This document shows, one piece after another, positions 13,701 to 27,395 of a stretch of DNA of 64,000 nt (positions are counted from its first letter, which is position 1; every line of letters begins with the position of its first letter). The DNA is from Paramecium tetraurelia (lineage: Eukaryota). The position numbers were made by a program, and so were the translations under genes. Location: contig CT868585.1 of NCBI GenBank assembly GCA_000165425.1, forward strand, positions 310,001-374,000. Reading direction: 5' to 3'. The notes beneath the pieces are model-generated. The model made no database searches. It was not told the origin of the DNA and worked only from the letters and a program-made list of their open reading frames with translations.

Positions 13701-15729
13701 CTTTCAGAGAGGAAAAAAGAAATTTAATAGGAATTTTTTAATATAGAATAGATGCGTATGGACTCAATAAAACAATCCTCAATTTATGAATCACATAAGT
13801 AGATACCAGCTGAACATAATGTTATTGATGAGATTTAATCGTAGTAATCTTCTGTAGGAGGAGTAAAAGAATCTTAATTGTTTAAGAAATTCGAAATGAT
13901 TGAGAAGATAATCAAGAAAAAGAAATTTGATAAAATGTCAGTATATCTCATATTACTTTTACTACAAACAGCTTTCTTTATTTCGTTTGCATTAATTGTA
14001 ATAACTTTGATATCATCGGAATTGCTGATGTTTATTCAAGAGATAGATATGATATCATTGCATGCCAGTATTATGGCACCTCATGATTTGTATCTATCCA
14101 TTAAAGTAACAATATCAGCATATTAGCAATAATATCGAGAAAAGTATATAGATAATGCAACCTTATATAAATTGATAGATCCGTTGTATTAATTCAATGC
14201 TCCTTATTACTTTGATTTGCAAAATAATTTATTTGATGTGTTACAGAATGAGCATTTATAAGCATTCTTTACGGATCAATAGGCTACAGTCTATTTCATG
14301 GGGAATAATGATTCTGTGACATATTCAAAGGAATTGTCATTTAGAGAGGAATTGCTAGCAATATTGCATGCTCAGTATCAATTCAAACGAGTGTTTGATG
14401 CTCGTAAGAATGCGAATGGTTAGGCTTGTCAAGTATTGCAATTTGCAAATTACTTTAATTTGTAGGATAAATTAGAAGAATTGACAAATTAGATTTTGGA
14501 ATACTCAAAAAACAGAAGTACAGCTGCTGCAGATTAATGGTTTGTTATATGGTTAATTTATTAATTGATTGCTGTTTGTATTGGACTCATTACTCTATTT
14601 TATAAGAGGAGCATATTAAAAACTTATGAGAAATTGTTAAGTTTGTTTTACTTTTCAGACAAAAACTCGTTAGAATAGGAAATATAGAAATTAAAACATC
14701 TGAATACTTTGATTTAGTAGAATTAGGATTTGTTATCAAAATATGATTTTAATTTTAGAGAAAGAGAAGAATTGGTAAATAGAAAGAAGAAAGAAAGCCA
14801 ATCAATAAAATAAGAGAAACCGAAAAAGAAAGGTGAGCAAAAGTTGTAAAAAATTATTCCAATAATAGCCTTTTTTTGCATTTATATCTACTTTTTAGTA
14901 TATTCAGTTATAATTCATGAAGAAACCAAGAACTATTTGACAAAGTATAAATAGACAACTGATTTTTATCGATTAGTTCAAGACCTTAGATTTAGGAGTG
15001 GAAACATTTATGTCTACAGAGAAATCTTTTTCAGATGGTCCAATTTTACATATCTCAATGCATCAGATTTAGATCGTTTATATGGTTTAGTTGAGAAATC
15101 ATAGAATGTAATGTAAGTGTATGTCAATGGCTTATAACACTAACAAAATGATGAATATCTATTCTCAGATAGCTATGTTGACTTTGTAAGTTAAGTAGAG
15201 AATTCAAACCTTTGTAACTTCATAAATTCAGTAAAGTATTTAATCTACAATAGAAGTACCTGAATCTTACTCCATATTGCGAATCAGCCTTGGATGGAGT
15301 ATTAATGAAGGGAATGATACCTAGTTTGAATTACATTTCTCAATCCATTCGTAGTTAATAGGAGATCAACAACTTCACTAAGAGAGCAGAAGTCCATTTT
15401 TATGAATTGGAAGGAGCTCAGGTCATTTGTTTAGCCTTTTAGAATGTATCGGAATAGTTAAAATAAGGTATGATTGAACTGACACATACTTTTAATCAAA
15501 CGAATGAGGTATGTTAAATTAATAAACATATTGGTAGATCCTGTCTTATTTATTTTTCCTATCTTAATTGTTGTTTTCAATTGTTTTTGTGACCTGTTTC
15601 AGAAAACTTTTGATCTCAGAATTCACTATGTATAAGAAATCTCTGCAATTGATTCCCATTCAAGTGTTGTTAGGTGATGATTCTTTAGAAAGAGCTTTAC
15701 GTCAATTTGAATTTACAGAAAAAATATGA
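10740..15729 (+). CDS. Large multi-pass membrane protein with PAS-like domain (ciliate PAS-TM / TmcB-TmcC-like family)
   Basis: About 1600 codons. N-terminal hydrophobic helices, HRKICHNPSCIC motif, PAS-like LLPRFMKNWHPSFIHNF, SQQSSVGG linker followed by more TM helices. Two tiny introns near the 3' end. Confidence 0.85.
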
Positions 15730-15751
15730 TAATTAATTAATTTTATTCCTA

Positions 15752-18700
15752 TCACAATTTATAACCCAATTTCAGTTCAATTTGCTTCAGATATCTTTCG
15801 AAGAAGTCGTTCTTCAAAATGTCGCTCTGTGGTATCATCAAGACTCCAAATTTTATTAGTTGAAGATGTTATTTGAGATTAGTGTAATGGAAATTCACAA
15901 CAAAGAAACAAATAGAGCCTAAGGCAATTAAAAAGAAGATTGACAATAACTTATAATTATCTAAATACAATACCTAATTTTAATAATTGAAACTCTCTGT
16001 TTTTTTAATGATTCCATTCTATAAGTTTTCGTTCATAAATGAAAATACTCTACTTGCAACCTATCCTCCTTCCACTTCATACAAAATGTCCTCTGCTCTA
16101 TAAGTGAAATTATTGATAGCCTATTGAGTAATAATGGTCTGGTGAATGTAAGTTAAAGCAGGAAGCATGCCTTTCATCAAAGATCCATCAAATGATTTCA
16201 GACAATAAGGAGTAAGCACTTGTTTGTAATTCTCATCCAAAAAATTGCATACATCTGTGTTTTAGACTGTGAGAAAGAATTAATAGAATTCTTCAGGAAC
16301 CAAAAGAGTTTCCAAATTTATCCTTGGAGCCTAATCAACATATTCCATAATCTTAGTTTGTGCAATGTCAATTAGATTATACAATCTTAATCCATCTGTC
16401 TTATTTAAGTAAGTAAGATTTCCCCATAACATAAACATTTCTCTATATAAGAACATATTACCGCTTCTGAAAGATAAATCTGCTATCAACTTATAAAATT
16501 CAGCGGTTGATTAATATTTGTTTAAGAAACTTTATGTTGAAAATGTAACTATACAAGAGTAGATTAAAAATATTACAAATATAACAAAGGAAAATATTAC
16601 TGATTTCAGTTTTGATGCCCTTATCAATATTTTTCTTTTATTTTTTCTTAGAACATCATTTTCTTGTCTATTTTAACTATTCTATTGCACTTCAGTTTAT
16701 AATTCTAATTAATAACTATTAATGTAATCAGTTTAAGATAGTAAATTGTTCAATAAAATTTTATGTTTTTCAGTCTCCTTTGTGATGCTTTATTCAGTTA
16801 TATGTGTTATAATTTCCATTATTGTATCATACTAAAACAATATCCCTGTCTTTAAATAATATATCAAAAGAGTGAACACAAAACAAACTACAATGAAAAC
16901 AATCCAAATTGTAATCCATTTATCAATTATCTGTGTACATTTGTCTCTTGAAAATTGTAAGATCTCTTGAGACATTATCTCTAGATTATCCTATAGATTG
17001 AAATAATTAGAAAATTGAAAGACTTAACAAGGACAACCCTTAGTTGGAATCCTTTTATCAAATATTATTTTAAAATCATATTGATAATTAAGTAATTGAT
17101 GGATAAACTCCCTAAAAGTTATATTTCTAGAGTAAATGATTTTGTCAGTCATGCCCATGAAAAAAGTATTAGTATAAACATCCTTAAAGAATTCCTTTAG
17201 ATCACTCTCTAATAAAGAAACATAAGAATTTTCCTTTAATTCATTATAACAAACTCCTACGATTGAATAAAGTGGTTCTACTAAATCACTTGTTTACGAT
17301 TAATTAATCTTCTTAGCTGTAAGTAAGGCTTAATAATAATAAATCTGTGCCCTTATTGCAAGGTATCGATCATAAGGAGCTACGATGTCAGCCTAGAAAG
17401 ATAACATCTCTATCTCTTTTATTTTAGTTTGTAAATCGCTGCTTAAAAGAGACAGAATTATTACTGAAAATATGCCAAACACTACGAGTGTGAATATAAT
17501 AAAGAATACCATGATCTATTGTTATGAAAAATTGAAATTGCTATAAAATGAATCTATAATTTCAAACTTTTTCATGTAAGTAGGTCTTTTTATAGAACCC
17601 AAACTAGATTCCTATTATTATTATAAATCATCCTATTTTTGAGCTTATTGTAGTTGAGGATGCTTCTCTTTACTTGAAGCCTCAGCTTAGTAAAATGCAG
17701 GTTGCTAACAGTAGTATTCTTATTAAAATGAGCTATTGTGTCTTTGAACAGTGTTTATCATATTTTGACTTTTATCAATCAAATTAGATACACTATGGTT
17801 GGGGCTTAGCATAATTTAATACATTTTATCATAATCTTATTATTTTGAGAGTTCTTTTAATGCTATTGAATAGTTCTCTCGTTCTTAAATATTCAAAGTA
17901 TTAACATGCTTGGCTGCTCCTTCATCTATAGATAAAATAATTGAATCTATATCAAAGATTGCAGATTCAGCATTATGTTAAGTTTATTTAAATTAAGTAC
18001 AGGAAAATACTGCATTGTTTTAATGTGAAGATTCAATCATATGAGCAGATTCTAATTCGATTATAAAATAATAGAATCCGAAGATCTCTCTTCTCATAAT
18101 AAATAAATTGGCTGCATATTCTTTTGTGTATCTACTATCCTACCAAACTCTACTTAATTGTGAATGATTATCAATTGAAGATTTGCTATAATTTTCCCTT
18201 TAAAAAAAATGTAATATGTCAAGAAACAATAATTTTACATTATCAAGTTTTTATTCTTATATTTCAGACCAGGTTATACTATTAAAGATTGGAATAATCT
18301 AATTGATTTCAACATCATAGAATGAATAAAAATCATCTATGTTTAATATGTCCTCTTCTGAAAATCCCAATTTTCTCAAACACATAAAGGTCATACCAGA
18401 TAACAATCCATTTACATTTACTAGCCTTTTTATTCTAGTACATCTTGGAGAACGGATGCAAATACTACTCTATTATCATTTAATAATGTGACTGTATCAA
18501 AGGTCTATTCCATTTATTTGGATAATCCATTTTATTGCTTTACAAATGTGAGACTAAGATTTCTGTAATATCTTGCTTTGCCAGTTTAAACAAACCTCTA
18601 AACCATAGCAGGGTGCTCTTCTCTTATGAAGTCAGGTAATATATCAGTAAACTATATGAGATGGTCATTTGGTTACCGACCAATTATTTTCAGGAAATTA

Positions 18701-20751
18701 CTTGAATGAGATTTAATTTTTAGATTTTATAGATCATCTTGCAATTAAAACAAAACATACATAATCTTATCAGAATAGAAGTCAATAACTTAATTGCTAA
18801 AAACATATCTCTATTATTAGTTGTTATTAATTTATTTGAATTTTTAAGCCTTTTAGTAACTATTATAAATTCGTGAATAAAAGAAAATTATCATTTATCT
18901 CAGTTTAATACTTTAATATGCTTCATATTTTGAAAGAAGTCTCTCTTCTAAATCCAAAACTTATGTGAAGTACTTCATTTTGTAAGCGAATATTTTATCA
19001 GAATTCATAGCATCGCATTACAAGAGATAAGTGTAGAATTCTATTTTCAATTTTATTATCTTAATTATCATTTTTTAAAGGTCTTCCATTTGAAACTCAC
19101 TGTTTAAGTAAAAATTCAAATAATCAGACATTTACAATTATTGGGCTGTGCAAATGGCATTAGTGAAATTTTCATTAAGATACATCTATGCCTATCTCAA
19201 TAAGTATTATATTTTTATAAGTTTAAGTGTGGAAACCTGAAAATTTCTGTTCATAGCATCATATTTTAAGACCTTCTTGTGTTAATTATTTATAATATCT
19301 TGAATTTATGAATCAGCTTGACTTTGTTTCATTTTCTTTTAAGCTCTATTAGTAAGAGATTTCTCACTCGATATCACTCTTACTCTATAATCATTGGATG
19401 AATTATTTAAAAATCTATTATAGTTTTTGATAGCTATGAGTACAAATCCTTGTCTCATGAATAGGGTAGCTTAAGCAATTTCATAGAATGCAGCATCTAA
19501 ATTATGGATATTTCGATTCTCATGGATTTGCTTAGTAATGTTTTTTATTTTAGTGTAAATGAACTACTTAAAAATTTGTTCGGTAATAATGTTGGCTTAT
19601 TGAACATCTAAGATATTTAAAGTTGGTTCCTTGCAAGAACAATTGAGATTGGAACATTTGGCTTTGTGCTGAGCCCAAATGAGACTATTTTAGAGGGGTT
19701 AAATTTCATTTTGATAGCAATTATTTGAAAACTTGACCAATTAATACACATACATAGTGATAGGTTGTTTAGTATTGATAAATATCGACTAGATGGAATT
19801 GATTTGGTATTGGTAGTCAGCGTAAAATACAATGCTGGCTAGGAGTGGCCAAATTATGATGGAATTATTTTTTAGATCTATGAATGCATACAATGAGTAT
19901 GAAATTATCATGGAATTTATAAAGTATAAGGTTATTCTTTGAGACTTATAGATGTATCCTTGGTACATGAGTTAATTAGTGATCTTTAAGAGAGCAATGA
20001 TGAGGGTTAAGGCTATCTAGGAAAATTAGGAAATTTCTTGTTTGTTTATTGTTCCAAAGAAAATTATTTGCAGTAATTCAATCGCATAAATGCAAATGTC
20101 AAGGGAAGTTACAAGTGACTTTTCAAATCCTCTGATGTGGAAATTGGATGAGGGGAAGCATATAAAGAGATGCAATAGAGCGTCGATTTCGACAATGAAG
20201 AAAATGATGATTCCAAATAACAGTAAAGCAAAATAAGCGGAATTTTAATTTTGAAATTACTTGAGGGTATTACTTATAGCACTAATTATTAGTGTCTATA
20301 TAGGGTAGTGCAGGACAACACATAATAATTATTAATAATATGATGTGAATGTTGTAAGCATGTTGTTGAGAATGCTAGGATTGTTTTATCTTTTTAAATA
20401 TCTTTAATTTTCATTTGCTAAGTTAAATATGATTCCTAATTTAGCAATAAATAAAAGCACTAGTATTATGTATGGCATAATTAGTAAGGCTAGGTTTGGG
20501 AAAAACTTGAATATAAGTATTTCTGGCCTAAAAAAGTAAAATATCATCTATTGAATAGTAGTATTTGGTATTTTTTCTTAAAATTAATCATAATCGTAAT
20601 AGTAGAGATAAAATACTGGTTAACACATGCTTACAATAAAAATATATATCTTAAATGGTTCATAGCAATAGAAGGAGTCATTCAACTGGAGCATATTGCA
20701 CACAATTTGATCTAAGAATTTGGAGTCTTCCTTTTTTATTATTTGTCTCAT
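15752..20751 (-). CDS. Paralogous large PAS-TM membrane protein, convergent with the previous gene
   Basis: Same layout: TM bundle, a Cys motif near 19380, PAS-like ILPDFIREEHPAMV, SSLGS linker, FRSGNMFLYREMF (vs FRSGNIYVYREIF in the neighbour), ends FFERYLKQIELKLGYKL-TGA. Confidence 0.85.
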
Positions 20752-20840
20752 TTTAATTAAAATTCAAGCTACAAAGGAGAAACAAATAACTCATCAATAA
20801 GTGATATTATATTCTGTAAAATATGATAAAATATTCATGT

Positions 20841-22353
20841 TCAAATCTGTGCCTATGGAAATACATCAGGATGCTATAAAAGTATAGGTCATCAATAAAT
20901 ACCTATCCAGGCCTATACGATGCTGCACTAGATCGAACTCCTGATTTGGACAGTTCGTTCTACTTCTTCTTTAATGAATCCAATTCAGCAGAGGTGACAA
21001 CCAACTCCTCCTAGACTTGATGATATTCTCTGTTGAGTTCCTAGAATTTGTTCTTCCAAATTTGGACATCATTTGTAAGTTTGGTAACTTCTTCATAACT
21101 TGTATTGCTATTTTAATATTCGTATTCAAGATCCTAATACATTTTGTCTAATTCATTATATCTCGATTTCCAATCCTCAATTTCTATGTTCATTTATTGA
21201 ATTTGACTTCTCAACCTATCAATTTATTCCTTGTCCTCATTATTTGATTAGATAATTGGTTTGTAACTGAGTTGATTGGCCTTAAGAGAATCATACTCTG
21301 ATTTCATTTGCAGAATCTTATTGTCTAATTCTGAAATCTTACTATTTAAATATTTGATGGTTGATTCTTGTTATTGGATTTGAGATCTAAGACGATTGGT
21401 TTCATAATTCTTTTATCTCAATTCATTCTGCAACCTCTCTATTTCAAGTTGTAAATTCTAAAGTTTGCCATCGTTTTCGAATTGAGAATTTAATTTAAGT
21501 GATTCTATTTCCCTATTTCGATTATCAACCATTTCCTTCAATCTTCTAATTTCAACCTCATACTAAGCAGAATCTCTCAATTATGCTTCAAGTCTTTGGT
21601 ATTTTAACTTCCATTCTTCAGTTTCAGCCCTTTGACTATTTATGGAGAATTGAGCTCTGTCGATTTCTTATCTCAACTAAGAGAGAGTGGCTTCATATTC
21701 CTTAAGTGATAATTGATGTCTGCTGTCAGCCATTGATAACTCTAGAATGCGATATCTCTTAGAGAGTTCTTCATTTTGATCTCTGAGTCTAACAATTTCA
21801 GCATTTAACATGGCTTCATTCTCGACCATAATTGCTCTCATCTTATCAATATCTATTTCTGCTTATTATCTTGCCTATTTGTCTGTTGCCATATATAATT
21901 TGTGTTTGTATTGATCCAATTCCAAAGACATATCCAACAAGCACTTATTTAATCTATCAATTTCCAGATACAATTAATTGATCTATGTTGAAATTATTTG
22001 AATTCTCATACCTTCAAAGTATCTTCAACATACGTGATTTTTTCAGTGGCCCCAATTCCTCTCAGTCTCATCACTTCTGTTTGACATTCTGTTAATGCTT
22101 ACTCTAATTATGAGCATTTGGCCTTCCAAACACTCTCAATCTCATCTCGAGTAACTACTGTAATTGGAGCTTCTCGATGGTACATTTCCCTAACATGAGG
22201 GTGAGTAACTGTGTGACTTTATGCATTGTCGTTCGGCTTATAGGATTGCTTATTTATTAATAAATCCAATACATAGGGTGGTCGAACAGATTGCTATGGT
22301 TAAGAATACCCATATGCCTATCCATATTGTTAAGAAGCTGGACTATATCTCAT
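20841..22353 (-). CDS. Coiled-coil protein, probably cortical/cytoskeletal
   Basis: Starts MRYSPASQQYGQAYGY; long E/Q/K/L-rich heptad region; tiny introns near 22250 and 20880; ends HPDVFPQAQI-TGA. Confidence 0.8.
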
Positions 22354-22714
22354 TTTTATACTGTTAAATAATTAATATAACAGAAATTCATCTGATTTTG
22401 TTTATAATGACTGAAATCCAAATCATATTCAATTCTTTTCATTTTTTCCAACCTTTCCTCCCTTATTTTCTTTTTCCATTTTATACATTTAGCCCTTCTT
22501 TTTGGATTTGCATAATTTCCAATTCAGAGTGATCTTGGAATCAATTTATTTTAACTATTTATGAAAATATTATTTATTTCCTACTTTTAAAGAATGAAGA
22601 TGGTAAGCAACAAATTTGAAAACCATTCATTTTTAGAGCATATAATGAAACAAATAATTTTAATAATAAATTAATTGTATAATTATGAATTTGATTTAAT
22701 TGAATATTTCCCAA

Positions 22715-23508
22715 TCAGATTCCCCTTAAATTCAAATTTTAAGCCAGGATCGTAAATTTATCAGATTACCTCTCATACAACTATGTAAGTGCTAATGGTT
22801 TAATCAGACATTCTTGACTTTCCTTCAATATGATTTTCTCTCCTGTGAAATCTTCCTTATTATACAGTCTCACTGAATATCCTTTGGGTATTTGAATTGA
22901 TCTAATGTCATGGTCGAAATTGCTATGCTTATAGAAATCTTTACTCAATATCTCTTTGGGATTCGCATAATTTAAGTGACTCTCCTTTGTAATGACATTA
23001 TGAATAGATTACTATGCAATCTGAGTTTTCAGCATTCTATTGAGTTTCAGCTAATGTTACATCACACTAATACATATGTTATTTAAATCTTATTAGCTAA
23101 GTACTTAAGTACCTTCAGTATCAATCATATCTAATTGTGGGATATCGTTTGAACCCTCTTTATTACAAGAATTCATACTTAAATTTAATTTTCATTGGTG
23201 GACATTGAAGTTATTTCAGAATTTAGAGTGGAAATATTCTGATTGTCTAAAAAAAAATTATTAGGATCTTCAATAGATTTATTGTTTTCAACGTTTTAAA
23301 TCGTCTCAGTGTTTGAATGAGTGAAAGAGTCAGCGAAATCAAAATGCGTCTGCTCTTATTCTGTTTAATCGGCATTTCTTTGATAGCCATCAAAATTAAC
23401 CATTGTAGGTATGGGATTGGCTTCAATCTCACTCAATTCCACATTAGTTTAAGCCAGCACTAAGGCTGAAATAAGAATAATTCCAAACATAGAAGCCTAT
23501 ATTCGCAT
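22715..23508 (-). CDS. Secreted protein with C-terminal beta/gamma-crystallin-like domain (candidate dense-core granule/trichocyst cargo)
   Basis: Signal peptide MRIQASMFGIILISALVLA, acidic linker, crystallin-type DIRSIQIPKGYSVRLYNKEDFTGEKIILKESQECL. Confidence 0.75.
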
Positions 23509-23544
23509 GGTAAAACGGATTAATTTAATATTATATAATGTTTC

Positions 23545-24949
23545 TCATATAAGCTCAATCTCAATTTTTTTCTCCATATCATTAAACACCAATACGCCTG
23601 GAAAAGCAGTTTAACTGTTTTGGAACGTTAACCCCACCAAAGCACAGCTAACACTTCCAACTTTAAATTTAGTAGTGGGCATGATTATTACTTTCAAATA
23701 ACTATGATGATTAATAATATTGAATGTGCTTGATAATGAATTGTTGTCTGTGCCTGGCAAAAAGTATTTGACTTACGCTTTTGTTTTATTCAAACTCTCA
23801 CTATTCAGTAAATAGAAGCAATTGTCATGAATCAAAGAAAAGTCAATATCTTTCTTATTAGGAACACTGAAACAATAATTTCTTATTTGTTTGATTTAAG
23901 TCACTGAAATATTTAACTCAATAAGGGAACCAATCCCTTATAAGTTAGCTTATCTTAAATCTGCAAGCAAGATTTGTGAATCAAATATTTCGCCTATCTA
24001 AGTTAATTCATTTAATTCAGGAATTTTAATCTTCTCATTCATTTCAACATTCTCATTTATTTGGTCTTCTACAATTATCGAGCCTTGATCTAGTTTAAAA
24101 AATAATAAGATTTGCATACTTCCAATCATCAATAGATTTCTTTGACATTTGAATAATCTCGAGCTTCCCAATAATGTATATCCAGGCATTTCTGCAATAT
24201 AAAATATGGGTTCTTTCTAATTTTAAAATTATTGAAGGCTTCCTCGATATAATTAGGATACGTTTTCTTGTTAAATAATCAAATAAATGAAATTATTAAT
24301 CAAAGTGACCTCACTTATTTTAACTGAGTCACAATCTTTATTCTCCAACTTAATGCAATTGTTTTTATCAGTATTATCATAGATATCAAATTCAAATTTT
24401 AATTTTAAAAGGTGATAAAATAGAATTAATTTAAAATTAATAATCCCTATTAAAGTAGGAGTTGTATTTCGGAAGCTTCCACGATAGATTTGAAAGATTT
24501 CATTATTTCTCTAATTTATAGACACTTCTTACATCTGCATTCAACTTCTCAATAAATTCCAAGGATAACTTATTGTTATTAAGCATTTTTGAATTGAATT
24601 CCTGTTATAATTTCAATACATCCTGTTACTAGCTAATTAATGAATGAGTGAAAGTTGATTTCTACATCCTCAACATCTATTGAGTGGATTTCTCAACAAC
24701 CCATTAGGTTTCATCATCTTTTAATTCATTTTACATGTAAGTCACATCTAATTACAACTGACCCTTAATATGACAAACAGGACAAACAACTTATTTTGAT
24801 TCATCTAACTACAATTCATTTTATATTTGGGGGTCCAATTCATAAAAATTAAATTAGCAGGCCTTACCCATATGGTAATAGGGGGCTTTAAGGGAATCAA
24901 GGGTTAATTGCGAGGAATTCTGAATAATTCTATAATCCTTGTTTTTCAT
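23545..24949 (-). CDS. Hypothetical protein with N-terminal CxxC motif and beta-rich C-terminal region
   Basis: MKNKDYRII..VVCPVCH; open under table 6 after a 22-nt intron near 24500; joins ORF-track fragment 23998-24189; ends IEIELI-TGA. Confidence 0.6.
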
Positions 24950-25028
24950 TAAGGAAGCAATAAAAAATTAATTATAATCATTATAAAATTGCTAAAAATG
25001 GAAAATCCTTTTATATTTGTATATTTAA

Positions 25029-26174
25029 TCATATGTCTTTAATGAATTTAAAATTATCAGGCTCCTTAAGGGCCCTTAATAAATTTTGTCTATACTTTAA
25101 ATGCCAAGCTGTGTTTGAAATACGTGAATTATATACATAAGCAACAGATTGGTTTTTTAGGAAATACTAGCTAAGATTTAGAATAACGATATACCTTATG
25201 ATTCGAAATACTCTATTGAAATCAGGATTCTTTCCTCCGTCAACCCATAAATCTCTAAGTTATTTGATATTTGTCATTTAATTCTTCTTGGTTTTCAATA
25301 ACTAAACAAAGCTATCATATTGGTCCTTCTTCATGAATCCTAAAATCAGTTCTTCGTTATTAAGAATATATGAGATGATTGCTTTTGAGAAATTCTTGGT
25401 AATGTTCTTTGTATCGTTCACTTTCGATCCTTTCTTTTTTCTACTAATCTTATATGAATCAGAACTCTCTTAAAATACGCATCTTTTTCTAGTCGTACGT
25501 TTGCCAATTTTGATTACTTTTTTGTCATCCTTATTTTAATTCCAACTACTCTCACTCATATTAACTACTTCGCTTTCACATGAGTCTTCCTTGATAAGCA
25601 ATTTCAACTCTTCTTTTTTAAAATGGTTTAAGTTGGTATTCGTCTGTTATTTTTAAATTGAAGGTGGTCTAATGATAAATTGGGATGGAGAATTAATTTG
25701 AGTGACCTTAATCTATCTATCCAAACTCTTGTTCGAATATGGCGGTAATTCGTTTTGTTGTGGTTGTTGTTGGAATGGATAAAATGATTATCTGGGTGAG
25801 TTAAAAAAATAAGACATCATGGGAGTGATTTGTCTATTTTAGGATTGAAAGACATCAAAGGGTTTGTGGATTAGTTTGCTATCAAGAGAACTATTGACAA
25901 ATGGTCCTCTCAGATTGTTCAACATAAAATCATTGTTGCCATCAAATGATACTCGTTGGGATATATCAAAAGTAGTATATTAAGGGTTGAAAAATAAGTT
26001 GTTAGATAATGGTTAATCAGATGACAACTATTGGACCTGGGGATCAAGTGAACTTTAGACTCTCAATCTATACTATCTTATGGGATCGAACGAAGCATCC
26101 ACTGAGGCAATATCTGAAGGCTTTGCAATATAAGGAGTGAATGACTTTGCATTTTTCTTTATTCCTTCGGACAT
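25029..26174 (-). CDS. Uncharacterised protein with low-complexity N-terminus, basic NLS-like patch and compact helical C-terminal domain
   Basis: KKVIKIGKRTTRKR; DTKNITKNFSKAIISYI..IKQLRDLW..YVYNSRISNTAWHLKYRQNLLRALKEPDNFKFIKDI-TGA. Confidence 0.8.
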
Positions 26175-26224
26175 ATTTATTTATATGATATAATGATAAA
26201 AAATAAAAGAAAAATGTTGATAAT

Positions 26225-26765
26225 TCAAATAGTTTGATGATTATGCCCTGATTTTAATGTTACGATTTCTCGTTGTAATTTAGCAATGTATTACAGAAGG
26301 ACTCTTTCTCTGTTGTTATACGAATCCAAAATGAGTTTCATCTTATTATAAATAGCCTAAAATTATCTATTAAGTCTCTAATTTTAATAAGGGTTCTTCT
26401 TTCTAATTTTAACTTGGGAATCCCCTAATTCTGAATAATCTATAGATCTTGTAATGTGTTTTGGATCTATAAATTTTCTGTATATTTTAGATGATTGCAT
26501 AGTCGTTGGTTGTTGAGACTAAGAAAATCGAGGTTTACGATCCTGAACTGTATCTACACTTTTAGCCCTAGTTTTAGAATTGAAAAGGATACTGGAGTGA
26601 AATCATTGCAGGCGTTTGAATTTTAATTGCTGCACTATATTAAGATCTAGGTTTCACTTCAGGTACCTTTTCAGAATCGATAGTTTTAGACATCCAATCA
26701 GAAATCGTAGCATATCGTTGTCTTACTTTGAATCGTATATCATCATCATAGTTCTTCAATTTCAT
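26225..26765 (-). CDS. Small hypothetical protein with C-terminal coiled coil
   Basis: ATG at 26765; the 25-nt intron GTATCC...ACTAG restores the frame; ends LQYIAKLQREIVTLKSGHNHQTI-TGA. Confidence 0.7.
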
Positions 26766-26816
26766 TTTCTGTCTTTATAATTAATCTTGTATAAAACAGA
26801 AAAATATTAATTAGGA

Positions 26817-27372
26817 ATGAAAATATAGATCGAAGGTGCCCTGTTTGATTTGCATCCGTAATTCAAAGTTCATTCTGATTTGTTGAATCAACTATACGAT
26901 CCTAGATCTTAGGAAGTAGGACTCCCTATTTAAATTAGCCAATTTAATTGCAAAGTCAATATGTCAATAAGGAAATTTGGAAGATTATTGAAACCTACTA
27001 TGTGTTGAACAACTTTAAGCCCATGCAAACCGAAGTCAATTGTAATTGATTTAAAATATGGGAAAAGGTGATGACGAAAGCAAAGTATTTGCACCTCAAG
27101 ATTTAGAAGTACTCAGAATGATAAAGAATTCAAACATATCAATTCATTAGTTTCTATTGGCAGCCAGATATCTAAATTTACCTGCGTTTTAGGGTGTAAT
27201 CATTAGGACATTATTAGATCTGTTAATTAGTAAGTTGGCTACAGAATTTTATGTTGATGTTACTAAACCAAAACAATCTCTTGAAAATCTATGTAAGAAA
27301 TACCCTTAAGTGCCTGTGGTCACTAAAGAAGAAATCAAATAATATAATTAAGTGTTGTAATACTTAATTTGA
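26817..27372 (+). CDS. Divergent Skp1/BTB-like small protein
   Basis: MKIQIEGALFDLHPQFKVHSDLLNQL..VNKEIWKIIETYY..QFLLAARYLNLPA resembles Skp1 POZ and dimerisation motifs; two or three tiny introns. Confidence 0.55.
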
Positions 27373-27395
27373 GAATGCATTTTCAATCCAATTGT

